Position numbers and translations under genes: made by a program. 64,000 bases of DNA from Vulcanimicrobiota bacterium (GTDB lineage Bacteria > Vulcanimicrobiota > Vulcanimicrobiia > Vulcanimicrobiales > Vulcanimicrobiaceae): the NCBI GenBank assembly GCA_963795855.1, contig CAWCIZ010000002.1, positions 160,001 through 224,000 of the forward strand. The letters run 5' to 3'. Positions 60,916 to 64,000 of the stretch are shown in pieces. Position 1 is the first letter of the stretch. Every line of letters starts with the position of its first letter. A model generated the notes under the pieces. The model searched no databases. It was given only the letters and a program-made list of their open reading frames with translations, and had not been told where the DNA came from.

Positions 60916-62747
60916 TTACGTCCGCGCCAAACGTTCGAGTTCTTCGAGCAGCCGCTCCCATTCAACGACGGCGCATGCGCTCGATTCCTCCAACCGGCGC
61001 GCTTCTTCTTGCAATGCCTTCACCCGCTCGCGATCGCCGTACGTGGTGGGGTCGGCGAAGAGTGACTCGATCTGGGCGCGACGCGCGTCGATGCGCGCGA
61101 TTTCACGTTCGATACGCGTAACATTCGTTTCGAGGTTCGAACGGTGCTTGAGCGGCGTGAGCTTCGAAGATTTCGCTTTCGGCTCGCGATCTTGCCGCTC
61201 GCGCTCGCGCGCGGGACGTTCGCGATCGCGCTGCGCTGTCTCATACGCTTCGTAGCCGCCGTCGAGCAGCCCCCAATCGCCGCGCTCGATCCAGAGCACG
61301 CGATCGCAGAGGCGGCCGAGCAAATAGCGGTCGTGCGAAACGACGACGATCGCGCCTTCATACTCGACGAGCACGCGATCTCGAGCGCTTCGCGGCTGTC
61401 GATGTCCAAATCGTTCGTCGGCTCGTCAAGCAGCAGCACGTCGGCGCTGCGCGCCATCAAGCGCTGCGAGCATGATGCGCCGGCGTTCGCCGCCTGAAAA
61501 TGCGGCGACCGGTTTGTCCGCCGCATCGCCGCTGATGCGCATGCGCCCGAGCAGCGCGCGCGCATCCTTCGGGCGTTATCGGCGCGGTGTCGATCACGGC
61601 ATCGACGGCGCTTCGCGTAACATCCAGTTGATCGTGCGTATTCTGTGCGAAGTAGGCGGCGCGCGATGCGGGATTGTAGCGACCGATGCCGCGCTCGGGA
61701 GCGAGCTCCTCGGCCAAAATGCGCAGCAGCGTCGACTTGCCCGCGCCGTTCGGACCGACGATGCCGAGCCGCTCGCCTTGCTGCACGTCGACGCTCAAGA
61801 CCGGTAAACAGCGGCGGTGCATACGATTTTGACAAACCCTTTGCTTCGAATGCGAACGCGCGGCTGCCGCGGCGCGCAGAATCCAGGCGCACGGCGATCG
61901 GTGCCGGGGCGCGCGGCAGCGGCTCCGGCGGCGCTTTGCTCTTCGACGCGCGAGCTGCTTCTCGCGGCTGCGCACTTGGCTGTAGTCCGACGATGTGTGC
62001 GTTGCGCGTAGACCGGCGATACTCGCGCGGCGTTTGTCGCGCTCGTCGATGTACTGTTCGTACGCGCGGCGCTCCGCTTCCAGACGCGCTTCCCTTTGCC
62101 CCACGTAGGCGCTATATGCGCGGCGTCGCCGGCGCATATATGTGGAAGCGCTCGCGATCGAACTCCCAAATCTGCGTTGCAACGCGATCGAGAAAATAGC
62201 GATCGTGAGAAACGATGATATACGCGCGCTTGTCGGAGGCGATGAACTCCTCGAGCCACCGCACCGTTCGATGTCGAGATGGTTCGTCGGCTCGTCGAGG
62301 ATCAGATAATCGGGGTCGTCAATCAGCAGATGCGCGAGCGCCGCTTTCGCACGCTGTCCGCCGGAGAACTCGCGCAGCGGACGCTCGAAGTTTTCCGGCT
62401 CGAAGCCGAATTCCGCGAGCATGGCGCGCAGCATGCTGCTGCGCAATCCGTACGCTTCGTGATCTGCACGCGCGAGCGCGGCATCCATCAGTTGCTGCCA
62501 GCGTCGCGTGCGTTTCGTCGGCCGCGCTTTGCGCGAGGTAGCCGAGTTTCGCATTGCGCGCGCGAAAGATCTCGCCGCCCTGCGGTGTATCCGCGCCCGC
62601 CAGCAGACGCAGCAGCGTCGACTTGCCTGCTCCGTTCGCGCCGACCAAGCCGACGCGCTGCCGCTCAGCGAGTATGCCGCTTACCTCGCTGAAGATTCGG
62701 CGAGCGCCATAGTGACATTCCAGGCCGGTGAAGCGGAGCAGTTCCAA
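60916..62747 (-). CDS. ABC-F family ATPase (Uup-like; several frameshifts)
   Basis: Two Walker A (GANGAGKS, GPNGAGKS), FSGGQ, LDEPTN twice, SHDRY, C-terminal coiled coil. Confidence 0.9.
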
Positions 62748-62821
62748 GGCGCCTTCCCATACCGGGCGAAACGGTAGTGTTCCTGGCGGAACTTGCGGCG
62801 CGGCAGGCAAACGTTCACGCG

Positions 62822-63283
62822 ATGGTCATTCGCGCGGCGCGACCCGATGAGGCGGCGGCGCTCACCGCTTTGGCAATGCGCTCGAAGCGCTCGTGGGGAT
62901 ACGACGAAGCATTCATGCAGCGTGCCCTGCCGGATATGATCGTGACGCCCGAAGACATCGCTCGCTCGTACTGCCGCATCGCGGAGTTGGATAGCAAGGT
63001 CTGCGGATACGTGCTATCGCTCTCGCTCGACGCGGAGTCGGTGCTGCTGCGCGATTTGTTCGTCGAACCCGAGTACTTCGGCCGCGGTATCGGAACGGCA
63101 CTCTTTCATCGAGCACTGCGGCACGCCCAGGCGCGCGGCGCGCAACGGCTGACATTGGAAGCCGATCCCAACTCCCAGGCGTTTTACGAACGCTTCGGGA
63201 TGCGCTGCGTGGGAAGAGCCGCTTCCATCGCCGGCAACGGGAGAACGCTGCCCATATTGGAAGTTTCGTTGGAACGGTCTTAG
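62822..63283 (+). CDS. GNAT N-acetyltransferase
   Basis: SKRSWGY, LFVEP...GRGIG..L, ADPN...FYE.FG. Confidence 0.92.
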   Translation: MVIRAARPDEAAALTALAMRSKRSWGYDEAFMQRALPDMIVTPEDIARSYCRIAELDSKVCGYVLSLSLDAESVLLRDLFVEPEYFGRGIGTALFHRALRHAQARGAQRLTLEADPNSQAFYERFGMRCVGRAASIAGNGRTLPILEVSLERS

Positions 63284-63390
63284 AAAGCGCCATACGTATG
63301 GCACGACGTCGGCGTACCCTCGGGCTATGAAGCGCTCCGCCCGTCCTCCACAAGGCCCGCCGCACGCATCTCCGAAACAGAGCGTAAGTC

Positions 63391-64000
63391 ATGCAGCGGA
63401 TTGAAGGCGGGTTGATTTTTGCTGCCTCGGATTTGAACAATTTCCTCGAGTGCGCGCATCTCACCGAACTCGACCGCAGCGTCGCGCTCGGGGAGCGATT
63501 GGCGCCCGAGCGGGACGATCCGCAGGTTGATCTCATCGCGAGAAAGGGTGACGAACACGAGCGCCGCTATTTGGGACGGCTGCGCGATTTATACGACGGG
63601 AGCCTAACGGAATTCGCGCGCCCGGACCGCAGCGCCACCGGCTTTGAAGCCGGCGAAGCGGCGACGATTGCCGCTATGGAGCGCGGCGAGCGTATCATTT
63701 ACCAAGCGACCTTTTTCGACGGGCGTTTTCTCGGGCATCCCGATTTTCTGCGCCGCATCGACGTCGCGTGCGAACGTTGGCCTTGGAGATACGAGGTCAT
63801 CGACACCAAGCTCGCGCTGAGCGGCAAACCGTATTTTGTCATTCAACTCTGCAATTACAGCGAGCACTTGGCGCGCATTCAAGGGGCGGAGCCGCAGTAT
63901 GCGTACGTCGTGCTGGGCAACGGCGACGAGCACCGCTACCGGCTGAACGATTACTTCGCATATTACCGGCACTTGAAGCAGCGCTTTTTAGCATATCTCG
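63391..64000 (+). CDS. TM0106-family RecB-like nuclease, 5' part, runs off window; not in ORF track
   Basis: MQRIEGGLIFAASDLNNFLECAH...KGDEHE...IYQATF...GHPDFL...YEVIDTKL...QLCNY. Confidence 0.88.
   Translation, partial: MQRIEGGLIFAASDLNNFLECAHLTELDRSVALGERLAPERDDPQVDLIARKGDEHERRYLGRLRDLYDGSLTEFARPDRSATGFEAGEAATIAAMERGERIIYQATFFDGRFLGHPDFLRRIDVACERWPWRYEVIDTKLALSGKPYFVIQLCNYSEHLARIQGAEPQYAYVVLGNGDEHRYRLNDYFAYYRHLKQRFLAYL

Noticed and set aside
52750..64000. Defence island or prophage (TA pair, exonuclease, RecB-like nuclease)
   Set aside because: Genes are scattered among ordinary ones; no integrase, phage genes, cas genes or att sites seen
1..64000. CRISPR array, tRNA/rRNA, IS elements
   Set aside because: No regularly spaced repeats, cloverleaf motifs or transposase ORFs found by eye

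Overview
GC-rich bacterial chromosome segment with about 57 protein-coding genes. I found no rRNA, tRNA, CRISPR array, transposase or integrase. The organism is a diderm (TonB-dependent receptor, TamB, OmpH-like protein). Gene style suggests Candidatus Eremiobacterota/Vulcanimicrobiota, but this is a guess. Many genes at 1-8.3 kb, 13.7 kb, 45-47 kb and 53-62.6 kb are broken by small indels, most simply read as long-read errors. Contents in order: (i) an anthraniloyl/salicylyl-CoA degradation cluster split by about 7.3 kb of unrelated genes, including soxR with a clear SoxR-box promoter driving an SDR and a QueA-like gene; (ii) housekeeping, transport and peptidase genes; (iii) a signalling hub at 23.7-40.8 kb (GGDEF-EAL, an unusual TonB-dependent receptor with a duplicated C-terminal domain, an MprAB-like two-component system, HD-GYP, two paralogous MalT-like STAND regulators, an atypical LuxR regulator); (iv) desaturase, TamB, OmpH-like, Crp, MFS, an Xre-RES toxin-antitoxin pair, a double cupredoxin, a pilin-like protein, ABC-F, GNAT and the start of a TM0106-type RecB-like nuclease. 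The best candidate for a new system is a 25-aa secreted/lipopeptide-like ORF (32737-32814), too short for the ORF track. It has its own RBS, a -10 and a NarL/LuxR-type 7-2-7 site, and lies between a STAND-LuxR regulator and an HD-GYP gene, suggesting peptide signalling linked to c-di-GMP. All family calls come from reading motifs; no database search was run.
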